A stretch of DNA of 61,078 nucleotides, the filler included, from Sphacelaria rigidula (taxonomy: Eukaryota), in NCBI GenBank assembly GCA_964200075.2. It is 9 parts of 9 records of this genome, joined end to end, with 100 filler letters (N's around TTAATTAATTAA, not from the genome) between each part and the next. Parts side by side here need not be neighbours in the genome. Positions count along the whole stretch, not along the records: positions 1 to 6,699 come from CAXNAA020018543.1; positions 6,800 to 13,497 come from CAXNAA020018544.1; 7 more parts are not named here. One strand, written 5' to 3'. The notes under the pieces are model-generated. The model was not told the origin of the DNA. It saw only the letters and a list, made by a program, of their open reading frames with translations, and did no database searches. Below, piece by piece: positions 1-11,124 of this stretch. How positions within the stretch are numbered: the stretch's first letter is position 1; the number at the start of each line of letters is the position of its first letter. The position numbers were made by a program, and so were the translations under genes.

Positions 1-878
1 ATGGTCAAAAAACCAAGGAAAACAACAAAAGAGGGCCCCCCCCCCCCCCCCCCCAAGCAATGGGAGGATAACCTCCAGTAGAACCTACGTGCACAAGGGG
101 CTGTTTCGCACAAAGAAGCACGACGGAAATGGTTCGTCTCTACGATGTTCAGAACATGGGCAAATGGTATATCGGAATCGAAAAGGGAGCGGAAGAGTCT
201 GAGGACACATGGCGACGCGCGGACAAACGAGAATGGAACCGCCGTCACAAGCGAGAGGCTGCTGCGTCGAGGGGCGCCAATCGAAGAATCCTGTCTGCTC
301 ATATCGGTTGTTGATTGTATCCTGGTGTGTGTCTGTATCTACTCTGCTGCCCTGAACTATGTGAGCTTCACTCTTGTAGTCTCCTTCCCTGTCCTCCCTT
401 TCCGCCATCCTTCTCTCTATATACTACTATGTGTTATTTCCTGCCGGTGTATGCCAGAGCAGTTTGCTACCTCGCTTCACTGTGTTTCTTCGTAGATGAA
501 AAGGCCCATACCCTGAATAGAGCGCTCGTAGTAGAGGAGTTGCGATCATGCCACGGTATTTTATTTCGTACGACTGGGTATGAGTGTGTTTCTGCGCAAG
601 ACCTTGTACGCTGAAGTCGTGTGGCAGAGACGGGTCGTTTCTTTCTGTGCTTTATTTTCCTTCTATTTTTTTCTGTTTCTTTCTTTTTTCGTGCGTCTTA
701 TGGGTCTACTATGTGTCGTTCTGATTTACCTTTTGTTTTTCTTCTTTTTCTTCAGGGAGTGCTCCAGTTTCGTTTTTGTCTTGGGTACGTCTATCATGTA
801 AGCACGGCTGGATCCCCGGAGGTCAGTTAGCGTGCGACGACAAGCAATCAAATCCATCGATCAAATGATCAATCAACA
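1..878 (+). mobile_element. 3' fragment of an RTE-clade non-LTR retrotransposon (decayed ORF C-terminus plus 3' UTR)
   Basis: Decayed peptide KQWEDNLQ.NLRAQGAV..ARRKWF..QNMGKWYIGIEKGAEE..DTWRRAD. Alignable by eye to 13808-14650 and 24876-26806. Ends in GGGTACGTCTATCATGT..CACGGCTGGATCCC..GTGCGA plus an AATC-type tail. Confidence 0.7.
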
Positions 879-1886
879 GTTGCAGAGACCCGGGCGGGAG
901 TCAACGTGTCAAGCTCTCAAACAATATGACGGAAGAGTGCTATTATGGGGTGCGTGACTGCTCTGGACGGAGCGTTTCACTGCAATACCAGACAAATTCT
1001 CGAACACTTTTTTCGGACCATTGCTGCTTTTCCCCGAAATATCACATGTGAGGGTAGGTACCGTGAGGCCGCGGAAACATGCGGCAGACATGCTATAGGT
1101 CCTCTTGTGATGTTCTGCCGTGCGGTGGCTTGGCGGGTGAATTTCGAGGGGGCGGAAAGTGGTTACCAGAGGGTCTACTTTGGCAATGAGGGGGGTCTAA
1201 CGATGGAAAAAAGAGGGTATAGAGTAAAAATAATAGTAGATGGCGGTAGGTTGTCCCACCCTGTTCTCGGATTAAACCTGCGCGGCCCTTGCTGCCCGCG
1301 GCCCTGTTTTGTTCGGAGGTGCGCCCGAAACTTCGTGAACGTCTACTTCCGTACTCTGTCTAGGCCGTGGTCGGCTTGCCTTCGCGTGAGGATTGAATTT
1401 CGATCGAATTCAGAGGGATGCGGACTGAGCCCCAACTGGTGTTTCGCCAAGACCCCTTTTGGGCTGAAAAGGGCATGGTTCGACTCACTGTACCTCTGTC
1501 TATGGCCCTGATCGATTCCAGTGCATGTTCATAGCAATGAATGCGATCTTGACCGCAACGTGTATTGCTCCAAATGCACAACTCTGCATTTAAAAGGCTG
1601 TGTACTTGGCACGGCACATAAATTCCCGCAGGTGATTCTTACTCCACCACACACGTTCTTGCCCTGGAGTGCGTGGCAGCATCCGAAGTGAACCAGAATC
1701 TGAAGGATCAGCAGCCTCAACTATGTCTTAAGATTTCAGTTCAGGGTACTTTACACACTCGTATACATACACATACTGCACTACACCAGTGCACAGCATG
1801 AACTTGTAGACGTTGCGATATCTATAAACGAGATGCGCATACTATTGGGAAAGGGGACGTACGACACATATGATTATCGCCGTTAA

Positions 1887-1986
1887 CCCTTCGGAGGCGA
1901 GAGGTTGGTCATCTGTTGAATCGGCATCAATCTCGCTGGAAAAAAAGTATACATGATCTAGCTGGACTACCCTCGCGGTCTAAGGG
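1887..1986. mobile_element. 100-bp piggyBac-type MITE
   Basis: TTAA on both sides (1883-1886, 1987-1990). Termini CCCTT...AAGGG with an ~18-bp imperfect TIR (CCCTTCGGAGGCGAGAGGT vs CCCTTAGACCGCGAGGGT). Confidence 0.75.
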
Positions 1987-2896
1987 TTAAAGGGTCACAC
2001 ACACATATATATATATATATATATAGGAACATACCGGTATTGGTCATGGCGTGCTGATACACGGACCCCTATGCAAGTGCAACACATACTGGTGATGAAA
2101 TAGGATAGCTCGTGTACTCGTATCCATCGTCGTTTTCCAGTATCACCCTACCACTGCGGTAGGTGGAAGCGCTTGCCATTTTCACGCCGGAACGTACAGC
2201 TGGTCACTTTTCGAACCTCATTAGGCTGTACGCCGCGGAAACTAGTTGTTGGTCGCCTTCCAGATTCGACAAGAACAGAGCTAAAACCACGACGTTCGTA
2301 CTCTTCACCACATCGATGTAGAATCACGTATTCCGATATGCCAACTGAACATATGTGCCGTTACCACATATAGTGGAGCCTAGCCTTAAGGATCGATGAG
2401 CTTGAAAAAAAATGGAAGACATTGAAACTTACCGGGGAAAAACATTGTACCGTGTGATGTGCCCCCCCCCCCCCCCACACACACACACACACGCATGAAT
2501 ATTACTACAATCAATACACTCCGATCTGGAAACAAACAAATACAGAGATGTTCGGGAACATCCCAAAATTTCTCGGGACGCTACGGTTATATTTGGTAAA
2601 ATAACCTTCACCTTGGGGGTGCATCACGGAGTAAATCGACTTTGTTTCGACATCATTGATAGCTCCTCTCATCCGGTCCTTCGGGTAATATATCCACTTC
2701 CCACATCCAACGTTAGCTACCCGCGTGAATGTGTGCCCTCGCACTGTCTCTACCGCAGCTACTATTTCGAGTCAATCCGTAAGCGCCTTCGCCTCTGCAA
2801 CCCTCAAGTAGCCATGCACAACTATGTAGGCATGACCTTTCATTGAAATCAGAACACGTAAATACGCACATGGTGAATACCGTCAACAGCCCTACA

Positions 2897-2935
<39 letters not shown>

Positions 2936-3049
2936 CCCCACCCACGACCCAGCCGGACGCGCGAGAAGGGAGGCAGNNNNNNNNNNCCAGGTGCACCCCC
3001 CACCCGCACAACACCACCACACCCACCACCCCCCCATGGCCCCCCACAG

Positions 3050-3080
<31 letters not shown>

Positions 3081-3209
3081 CCAATGACTCTGCACGCAGC
3101 ACTGCTGCTTACCACAAAATACTTCGTACCCATGGCACTGTCATCAGGTTGAGGCGGGTTGTTCTCCTCCGTTGGATTTCAAAAACGGAATCATCCTGGT
3201 CGTATGAAG

Positions 3210-3748
3210 TCACCGACGCGTGGCTCGCATAGTTGCACAAATCCGAGAATCGAGTGAAGCTAGCCACGCCCCATCCAATTCACTACCCGCGTAAATGTCC
3301 AGCCTTGAACCGGCCTTCACCGCCGTCACCGCTTCAGGCCACCATCCCAAACACCTCGCTGCGTGGCCGCTACCCCCTGCATCGAACACCGTCAAACCAC
3401 CCTCTACCTTTTCGCTGGCGTTAGTAGCAGCGACCCCAGTGCATGACTTTGTGGCTCGTTTGGGGCGAATTTTCCCCTGATCATGGGATGGGCGAGAATT
3501 CTGCTTAAACTTTGGTGGCGTTGGTGAGGGTGGTGACGACGCTTTCAGAGCATTCGCAGCGGGATCTTTTTCCCGGGGGGCGTCAACGGGATCGGTACTG
3601 GTGATGCCGGGTACGGCCGACCGCATTTGTGATCGGTCACCGCTTCTTTCATCATCGGTCTCAACGACATCTCGGTCTCCCCGTTTTTGTTGGCCTGGCT
3701 GGCTCGTTGCTTCCGTAATTTCCTTGCTAACTGTGTTGTCGGTGTCCG

Positions 3749-3803
<55 letters not shown>

Positions 3804-3927
3804 GAACGCTCTGGGAGTCCGACCCTGTTCGGGAACGCTACTAGCAGACTCTCCAGGGGGGGTCAGGTGGTCGTGAGTGATGGCTTCCATTGGCGGTCGA
3901 AATATGTACGGCCCGCTAGGTAGGAGT
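3210..3927 (-). CDS. Putative exon of an unknown protein, low complexity with a poly-Asn run
   Basis: 226-aa ORF (3210-3890) stays open back to a CACAG acceptor near 3928. No family recognised; its phase does not join cleanly to the upstream EF-hand exon. Confidence 0.35.
3750..3804. repeat. (GTT)n microsatellite
   Basis: Visible directly; encodes the poly-Asn run of the minus-strand ORF. Confidence 0.95.
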
Positions 3928-4229
3928 CTGTGAGGCTGATGATGAGCGATTTACGCGACAGCGAAACACGGTATAGTTTTCCCGATTGGGGTTTGGGGAG
4001 AGATACAGGGAGGGGGGGGGGGAGGGGGAAGACAACAGGCAGACCGACAGACAGACCAGACGAGAGACGGACAGGTCAGATTAAAATGGGGGAGAGAGGG
4101 ACAGTGAGAGAAAAAACGATTAGGACAACCGTCAGCAAGAAAAGGGTAGAGGGCAAGGGGTGCAGTAGGATGCGATGTGAGAGGAGAACGGGGCGGGAGT
4201 CTTTAATGAAACCGAACCCCACGGGACGC

Positions 4230-4273
4230 TGTTTGTTTGTTTGTTTGTTTGTTTGTTTGTTTGTTTGTTTGTT
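4230..4273. repeat. (TTTG)n microsatellite
   Basis: Visible directly. Confidence 0.95.
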
Positions 4274-4343
4274 GCATTCAAACTAGAAACACCACGTTTA
4301 TTGCTATTGTTATTCTAACTACTACAACGATGAAATCACGAAC

Positions 4344-4547
4344 CGTCTCGAAAGAGCCAGCAGCCGCATTCCCACATCTTTTGCCGCCAGCAGCGAACAT
4401 CGTGGAGACCGTAGTATTGACGATGCTTTGTCCCGTGGGTTTCACCGACCGAAGCATTATTTCGTCGCGTCTAACTTGCCGAACAGCATTGCTCACGTTA
4501 CGAATCTCGACCGATCCGCTATTGTCCATGTCCAGGTATCGCAAAAG
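4344..4547 (-). CDS. Exon of an EF-hand domain protein (LLRYLDMDNSGSVEIRNV...)
   Basis: Pyrimidine tract plus CAG acceptor at 4550-4548; DxDxSGxV EF-hand loop. Joins in phase 0 to the exon ending at 6238, giving GLDADELTAFLSSLDLNFSLIEAMT|LLRYLDMDNSGSVEI. Donor position is uncertain. Confidence 0.65.
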
Positions 4548-5231
4548 CTGATGATGAGACGCACGGGATCAAGCAGTGCGGGAACAACCCATGCGGGTAG
4601 AGGATGGGTGAAGGATCGTAAGATATCAGTGATGCTACTGTTAATACTGCAGTAGGCAAGCGGGGTGTCCGATTGCCCGAAACAAGGGGGTTCGTGGGTG
4701 TACTATGAAACAATCTCGCTCGTTCGTGATGTGCGTGTGGATATGGGTATAATGTTCGCCGAGGGGGGGTCAGTGTGCGTTATGCTGTTGCTACCGAGAG
4801 CATTCGAAAGATCTCTGTCACCTGCAGCGACAAATTCAAAGCGGTTCCTTTCTGCACTAAGTGGCTCAAAACGTTAATCTCCCTGGGTCGCAGGGTAGGA
4901 TCATCACTTGGCACTACTAACGTGTCGTGATTGGTAGGTCGTAATTCCACGGCTGTGTGCACTATATCCAAGAAGGTGATGATGATGGTGCGTAGGACGA
5001 AGGTGGAATCAGGCACGGAAGAGGACAAATAGAGGGCAGCAACGATTCGCATTTTGCGCGGCGAAGCTATCACATCTCTACTTTTTTCAAAGCACAGTGC
5101 TGGTTGTCCTTTGCTTGTGTGGTCGCACTGTGCTTTGTGTCTTCACATGAAAAAATCTTCACGTAAAAACGGGATGCCGGAAGCTCCTCAAGAAAAAAGT
5201 TCATCCTGATTCAGGGTTTCGAATTGTACGA

Positions 5232-5265
<34 letters not shown>

Positions 5266-5324
5266 GTGTATGCATAAGTGATTGCAGCATTTGACATGCA
5301 CATTGGCTCGTCTTCGTCACACTT

Positions 5325-5621
5325 TGAAAGGTTCCTCTTTAACGGGACGAGCCCCCGGTCTCCAGGGATCAGCCCATCTCTCCTCCGGGACACGCCTCAC
5401 AATTTGGTATCGCGGGTTGGATCATGACCACCACTCTCGCACTGCGTCGACTTTTCGTCAGAAACATACAGCCACCTGTGCTACTTTTGTCCTACCGCTT
5501 TTCAACCGCGGAAAAACAGATGGTTTGGGAAAGATACACAAGTTGAACCCATCTGGTGGAAATCGAACCCCCCAGATTATTTCCTACATGATGGTGCCAG
5601 TTGTAGCATTAAACCAATGGA
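5325..5621 (-). mobile_element. tRNA-headed SINE-like element (family S2)
   Basis: Minus strand begins ..TTGGTTTAATGCT (A-box-like) ... GGGTTCGATTTCC (B-box-like), followed by a non-tRNA body. The head is abutted or interrupted by the MITE at 5622. Confidence 0.5.
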
Positions 5622-5941
5622 GACACTGTCTACGATAGCCCCTCCCCCCCAAAAAACACAGCCTAAAAGTGTCACGAAAAAAATGGCCATATAGCGCCGC
5701 CTGATGTTTGGGTTAAGGCTGCATGCATGAAGCGCCTCATGTTGGCGACATTGGCTAGAACGAACCCAAGCGTGGGAACTTCCAGCTGCTCGTTGTTCTC
5801 GGCTTTTCCCATTTCGATTTACGCGAAGATTTTGGCTCCCAAGGCCATGCACTTTTGGGGGTGTACTCATCATCATGCCTGCCATGGTCATAAGACCATT
5901 GACCTCGCACTTTTGGAGGGGGGGCTATGGTAGAAAGTGTC
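5622..5941. mobile_element. MITE family A (GACAC...GTGTC termini) with a nested fragment of the poly-G/GTACTCAT repeat
   Basis: TIR GACACTGTCTACGATAGCCCC / GGGGCTATGGTAGAAAGTGTC; flanks TGGA/CGGA. Internal sequence shared with the copies at 20515, 49690 and 52998. Confidence 0.8.
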
Positions 5942-6237
5942 CGGAGCACGGTGGCAACTGCGTATTGTTTTTCGGCATTAGAGCTAACCGATATATATCT
6001 AAGTGCGACAATCAATAAAAAAAAGCTGAACGATATATATAATTATCGCTGGTCGGGCGGAACTCTTTCAGGCTGGATCTGCGACTAGGGTGCTGTGCTG
6101 TGAGTGCATCATGCCCAAGAGGTAGGCCCGTACAAGTAGACCCCAGTGTTCGTTGGGGAATCCGCAATCCACCGGTCTACAGTGGTTGCATGTACTACGA
6201 TGTAACGTGCCTCGTTCAGGGCGCACTTCTAACTCAC

Positions 6238-6441
6238 CGTCATGGCCTCTATGAGGCTGAAGTTGAGGTCGAGGCTACTCAGAAACGCCGTGAGCTCATC
6301 CGCATCCAGCCCCCGGTTGATGCCGCTCCTGTCTCCTCCTGCACGGCACCGTCATTCAACCACGAAGAGATGTGTATCGACCCATCCCAGGTTGGGGGGG
6401 TGGTGTCATTATTTCCCGTTCTGACTTTTTCCAGCAATGAC
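6238..6441 (-). CDS. Exon of an EF-hand domain protein (upstream exon; start is 6441 with a frameshift, or 6338)
   Basis: Canonical ACG|GTGAGT donor at 6238/6237; encodes GLDADELTAFLSSLDLNFSLIEAMT. Strong acceptor CCTTCTCTCCAG ending 6442; weaker in-frame TGCAG ending 6339. Confidence 0.6.
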
Positions 6442-6699
6442 CTGGAGAGAAGGAGCAGCTGTAATATCCGTCAGATCGGTCTTGAGGAGCTGTCTGCGCA
6501 TTTTGTTCTTTCCATTGACAACAACGATATGCTACTAACTCCGTACCGTCTGCAGCGGCACCCCAGGCCCAGAGTGGCTACTGTATTCGTGCAAAACCTT
6601 TGTTTGTCACCCCCCCCTTCCCAACCGAAGCTGGAGTATGGGAGAATCGATGAACTAGATATGGAAGAGAAACGGCAAGAGTTCCAAGAGGAGATGGCC

Positions 6700-6800
6700 N
6701 NNNNNNNNNNNNNNNNNNNNNNNNNNNNNNNNNNNNNNNNNNNTTAATTAATTAANNNNNNNNNNNNNNNNNNNNNNNNNNNNNNNNNNNNNNNNNNNNA
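6700..6800. other. Artificial contig spacer
   Basis: N44-TTAATTAATTAA-N45; stop codons in all six frames. Confidence 0.98.
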
Positions 6801-8332
6801 ATCCCGGGGAGCGGTTGATTCTCATTTCAAAATACGTTCTCATTTTTCTGGCAACCCTGTTATAAGCTGAATAGTCATATCCACCCCGCGGCGGGTCATA
6901 ATACGGGAGTTGGCTGCCGGGGTGGGCTTTCCCACCCCCGCGCCCCGAAGCACCGTACCTGTGATCAAATCCACGCCCTGCGCCCCGTCCTCCACGTCTC
7001 GCTTGCTGCTGATGTTGCTGGGGTTGCTGGCATTGTTGCTGCTGTTGTTGTTGCTGAGTGAGCTGCGGTGATTGGGTGAGAATCCTACCACGTCGACTAC
7101 CCCCACGTTCTCCAAAACTGTCTGCACTATGGTATTGCTGCTGGCGAACACCATTCCACGCACCACGATCACCACGAGTTTCTTGTGCGTGCACGTTCCG
7201 TTGTGCGTGGCAGTCAGAGTCATCGTGATGGGTCGTATTGTGGAAATGACAAAAAACAATACCCTGCTGTCGACGTCTCTCACCGCCCTGTTGTCGTCCA
7301 TTTTGCAGCACACCCCCACCTCTGCCACCCCCAGTGGCAGCGACGAGCGCATGGCCTTGTACCCCATCCTGATTCCCTCCTGCCCTACTCCTGGCCAGTT
7401 CCATCTCACCATGCGCCGTCTTCCATCTCACCATGCGCCGTCATCACCTCGCGCTCCAGGGTATCTGTTGTTACTTCATCGAAAGCAAGCAATACACCAC
7501 GGACGATGTCGAAGTCACTTGAAAGGCGGCGTATGTAATGCCGATTCGCATCTGCATCAGACATCACGACTCCAAGCTTAGTACGTTTGTACCGTATCAA
7601 TTTTGCTCCATCTAGAAACATACGGGGGTCCTCTCCCAAGTTCATGTCGAGGGTCTGCCATGCATGGTCCAACTGTGCCTTTTCGGTGGTTGAAGAAACT
7701 GTGTAGTAGTCCACAACGTACTTCCATCCCTCGCTAGGGTTTCCCAGTCTCACTCGTTGTTGTACAAGCGGATTGAAAGTAATTGTTTCGACTATTATAC
7801 TCCATGCTCTGGTGGCCTTTCCTACCAACTCGGTCCCGTACCTCTCGATCAAATCCCGCTCATTATCAAAGTGTACCCTAATTGGAAAATATGTGTAAAG
7901 AGCCTCTTCGCAGAACTCTTGCTTAAAGTACGCTGTCATCTGTAGCTTAAAAACCATGAACTTTTCTCTTACATCCTCACCACTCTTTGCCGTACCATCC
8001 TACGCTGCAATACTGTTATGCGAACGTACCCTCAAAATGCCAGACTGTACCATCTGGGCTTGACCCTGTGTATGCAGGGGTGCGTCTCGAACGTCTTGAA
8101 ATGCTGCTGAAGAAGTCGTAGGTTGGAATCGTTGCTGGGTGGGCGTAGCTCTTGTTGCTGAGGCGCGCGCTGCAAGTTTTGGATCCTCTTCTTGTGCTTG
8201 ACTTTGTTGTCGCGGTTCTTGTTTCTGGTTCTCTTGCTCCTGGATGTATCCTGACAGTATCTCCCTCACCGCGTCTGGGTCGGCATCTTGTATCTTGGTC
8301 ATATTTTTGTCTACTTGATTTTCGGAGTCCAT
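6801..8332 (-). pseudogene. Ty1/copia-type gag, disrupted
   Basis: ORFs 8000-8332 and 7406-7957 are in one frame separated by a TAG (AA*DG). Gag-like core (RAWSII..NPSEGWK..L.MNLGEDP..YIRRLSSDFD). A 22-bp tandem duplication at ~7399-7442 shifts the frame into a Gly/Arg/Gln-rich tail with a CHFHNTTHHDDSDC zinc-knuckle variant. Confidence 0.8.
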
Positions 8333-8452
8333 TTTTTATTTCTGAATAAACCCTGAAGTTGCCTGTGCGGAGCGTAGCCTAAGCGCTGGCGTAAGGGCTG
8401 AATCTCCTACGTAGCGCTGGGGTCTATGTGTAAGAAAAGGTCGTGGGACCTG

Positions 8453-8721
8453 TGTTGTTGAATTGATTCCCTTGATCAATGTATATTATACTCTCCACCA
8501 AAACGTAAAAACCCAGAAAAGTGCACTGCGAAAAAGGGGCGTGGTCACTCATGAAGATCCACTCATGTAAAAAAATAACACGTCAGAGCCTAATTCCTTG
8601 GCCACGCGATTTGGCGTATGCCTCTCGAGGGATCCTTGCTGCAACCAACAAATCGGGTATACCTTTAATAGAACTGTATCTCATTACTTGTCATTCATCC
8701 ATATGTCATGGTCCAATAACA
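8453..8721 (-). mobile_element. Candidate LTR (269 bp)
   Basis: Minus strand TGTTATTGGA...TTCAACAACA (TG..CA, 8/10 terminal inverted repeat), ~120 bp upstream of the gag ATG and preceded by purine-rich GCGAGGGAAATGGA. No second copy and no canonical PBS seen. Confidence 0.45.
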
Positions 8722-8899
8722 AAATCCATTTCCCTCGCATCCACGCCTGCTTCCATGTATCAATCATTGAGTGTGGGTATATTCGATTAGTCCTCCTACT
8801 CACGCTCAACTCTACTTCAATTCTCAAGTCTCACACTTTCATATTCCTTTCACCAATTGATTCACAGTGTATGAGGTGTTGGAGCGAGTCCCTTGCTGT

Positions 8900-9540
8900 A
8901 GGTACATTACCCGTGATGGCCTCGAAGCGTTTCTTTTTTTTATTTTCAGTCGTAGTTTGTCCTCCGACTGGTCAAGCGAAAGCGCTTTTGCTTTATCAGA
9001 CATGTGGGCAAGGCTCCAGCTCGCCGTACCCTAGCTCCCCAAGAAGGGCTGTCGTGGAGTTGTCTTGAGTGACAATAACTGTTCCCTTGGTGCAGTCACG
9101 GGTATCATCCCTGCCGAGCACTAATGACACGTCTCCAATACCCTTCATTGAGAAAGCGCCCAACTGCTTCTCTTCAAACCGATCGAGTACTTTGGCGAAC
9201 GTCATCGACCTACAGGGTAAAATGGCCATGATGCCGCGCTCCGAGTAGACGTGAACGCAACAGTCTGACTTGGGGTTTCTGAACCAGATTTCTTTCAAAC
9301 GCACGTCGTTTGTTTAGCATGATTGCGTTGGGCTCGGCAGAGACCGCAGAGGCTTTTGACAAGACTCGTCACTATTGTTATTATTTTTTCATTACGTTCT
9401 TCGTATCCGGGTGCCATCTTGCTGTACACTTCTTCTTGGCGTCGGCGTTCAGAGATGCGGTGTTGCAAGCAAGCTGCCAGTACTCCAGGTTGTACTCTGC
9501 AACCGTCGCCGGTACCATGCGGATTCTCCGGAGCCATTTC
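8900..9540 (-). pseudogene. Decayed copia reverse transcriptase (RVT_2)
   Basis: Frameshifted motifs EEVYSKMAPGYEE, KSLCGL, KSDCCVHVY and FSMKGIGDVSLVLG..TRD..KGTVIVTQ match the copia RT motifs EEVYVKM.PG / KSLYGL / SDPCVY / M.D.G....LG. Confidence 0.8.
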
Positions 9541-10029
9541 ATCGTCTCAAGAATAGGGTAGATTTTTTATATCAAATATATAGAGCACCCTAATAATGTT
9601 GTAAGTCAGAAGGGTATAGTTGGAGAAAAGAAGTCGAATGATGGGGTCGGAGCTGTCCGGCGCCCTGACTCCTTTACCGTCCGATATTCTCGCATACTTG
9701 ACTGTCAGGACTTGTACATCATCCCGATACCCTACTTCTACGGAGATCCTGCTGACTGTATCTGAACACCCGAATGCCCCCTCCTGATCTGATACCTCAG
9801 TGCGACAATCTCTGTTTTAGAAACAATAATGGGTACAACTCCGTTTTCGAGCCAATACCTTTTTCACACAAACTCCAACGCTTGTCCTCGAATCCAACGG
9901 CCCTTCCATAGGCTTCAGCTCCGTATGAGCGCATAAGGTATAGCTTTATGTGGGACTTTTGAGATCGAAATCAATTGTTTTTCAAGACGCTCATACTAAC
10001 AACCCATCCTCAGAAATGGGGACGAACAC

Positions 10030-10575
10030 AAAATGAGGTTCAAATGGCATAATCAACTTTCAGGAATGGTGCGAAACAGGTACACCAAGGGACAGCATCT
10101 TCCCCCAATTAAAAACTATAGCAGTTGTCAAGCAGGTGTGGCTAGGTGCACCGAACAAATGTGATGTACACGTGTCGATGGCAAAATCAACAGAGGAGCA
10201 ACGGCACCGAGGAACATCCTCGCCGTTGTCCTTCATGGGCCCTCATTCGTCGATTTCGAATCGCTCGAGAGATTCATGTTGCGATATCATACTCAAGTTT
10301 TCACGTGTCGGCCGGCGGGTGATTGTAGCGCAGCCCCGGAAACAAAATCGGGATGACAACGGTTGTCGTTTCCTGTCTGCGGCGCTGACCAATGCAAATA
10401 TCTATTCTTCTCGGCCTCTCTGCTCGAACAGGACATGCCTCGGTGCGCTGCGAAACACGTCGTCGACACGCAGGGCGATGTTCCCATCACCGCTACTGTT
10501 CTCACACACAGACATGGGAGCAAGGACGGTTGCGCGGTTTCGCCAAGATCGAATAAAAATCGCAAGCTGGGGGGT
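10030..10575 (+). repeat. Left arm of an old ~550-bp inverted repeat
   Basis: Collinear with the reverse complement of 11895-12470 (AAAATGAGGTTCAA.TGGCATA, GTGGCTAGGTGCA.CGAAC, CAGGGC.ATGTTCCC.TCACCGCTA). Confidence 0.8.
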
Positions 10576-11124
10576 GGTTTTTGTCGAGAAACTGTCCTCG
10601 GACGCTTCGGACGTGGTAGCGAAGGCTGACGCTGATGGCGATCAAGTCAAAACGAGCAGACCCGCTGCGCTAGGAGTAGCGACGGAAGATGGCGTTGAAG
10701 GTACCGCTTATGGGCCAAACAATCCAGAACAACCCGTCGTGCAGAACGCTCGATGGAGAGGAGTAAGAGATACGTGACTACGGCTACGCTCCATATCAAG
10801 CCAAAGATCTTAGACAGTACCGGCGATACAAACAATGTGTTTATACAAACAATAACTTACGAAGCATTGACGATAATGAGCTCCAAAGTCTCATTTCCAA
10901 ACAGTCCCCCTCAACGGAAGTGCACACTCTTACTCCCTCACACTCCCCCTCAATGCAAGTACATCCTAGTCTCAGCCACACAGTTCAGTACAACCGTCCC
11001 GGCACTCAGCAAAGAGAAAACAGAGAAGAGAGACTGATTAAGAACAAATTCTACAGCCAGACTAAGCTTACATTTTCAGTGTGATAATCAGCTTGATGAG
11101 ATAGCGGTGCCAGAGGTTTCCTCC

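Noticed and set aside
2843..3232. Poly-Pro/poly-Gly ORFs (also 15608-16112 and 17941-18355)
   Set aside because: They are translations of long C/G/A homopolymers and low-quality sequence around short N gaps.
6100..6699. 215-aa plus-strand ORF
   Set aside because: Mostly the antisense shadow of the EF-hand exon. Only the last ~25 codons (RIDELDMEEKRQEFQEEMA) might be a LINE fragment, too short to call.
9597..10001. Possible solo LTR (TGTTGTAAG...CATACTAACA)
   Set aside because: No target-site duplication (AATAA vs ACCCA) and no second copy.
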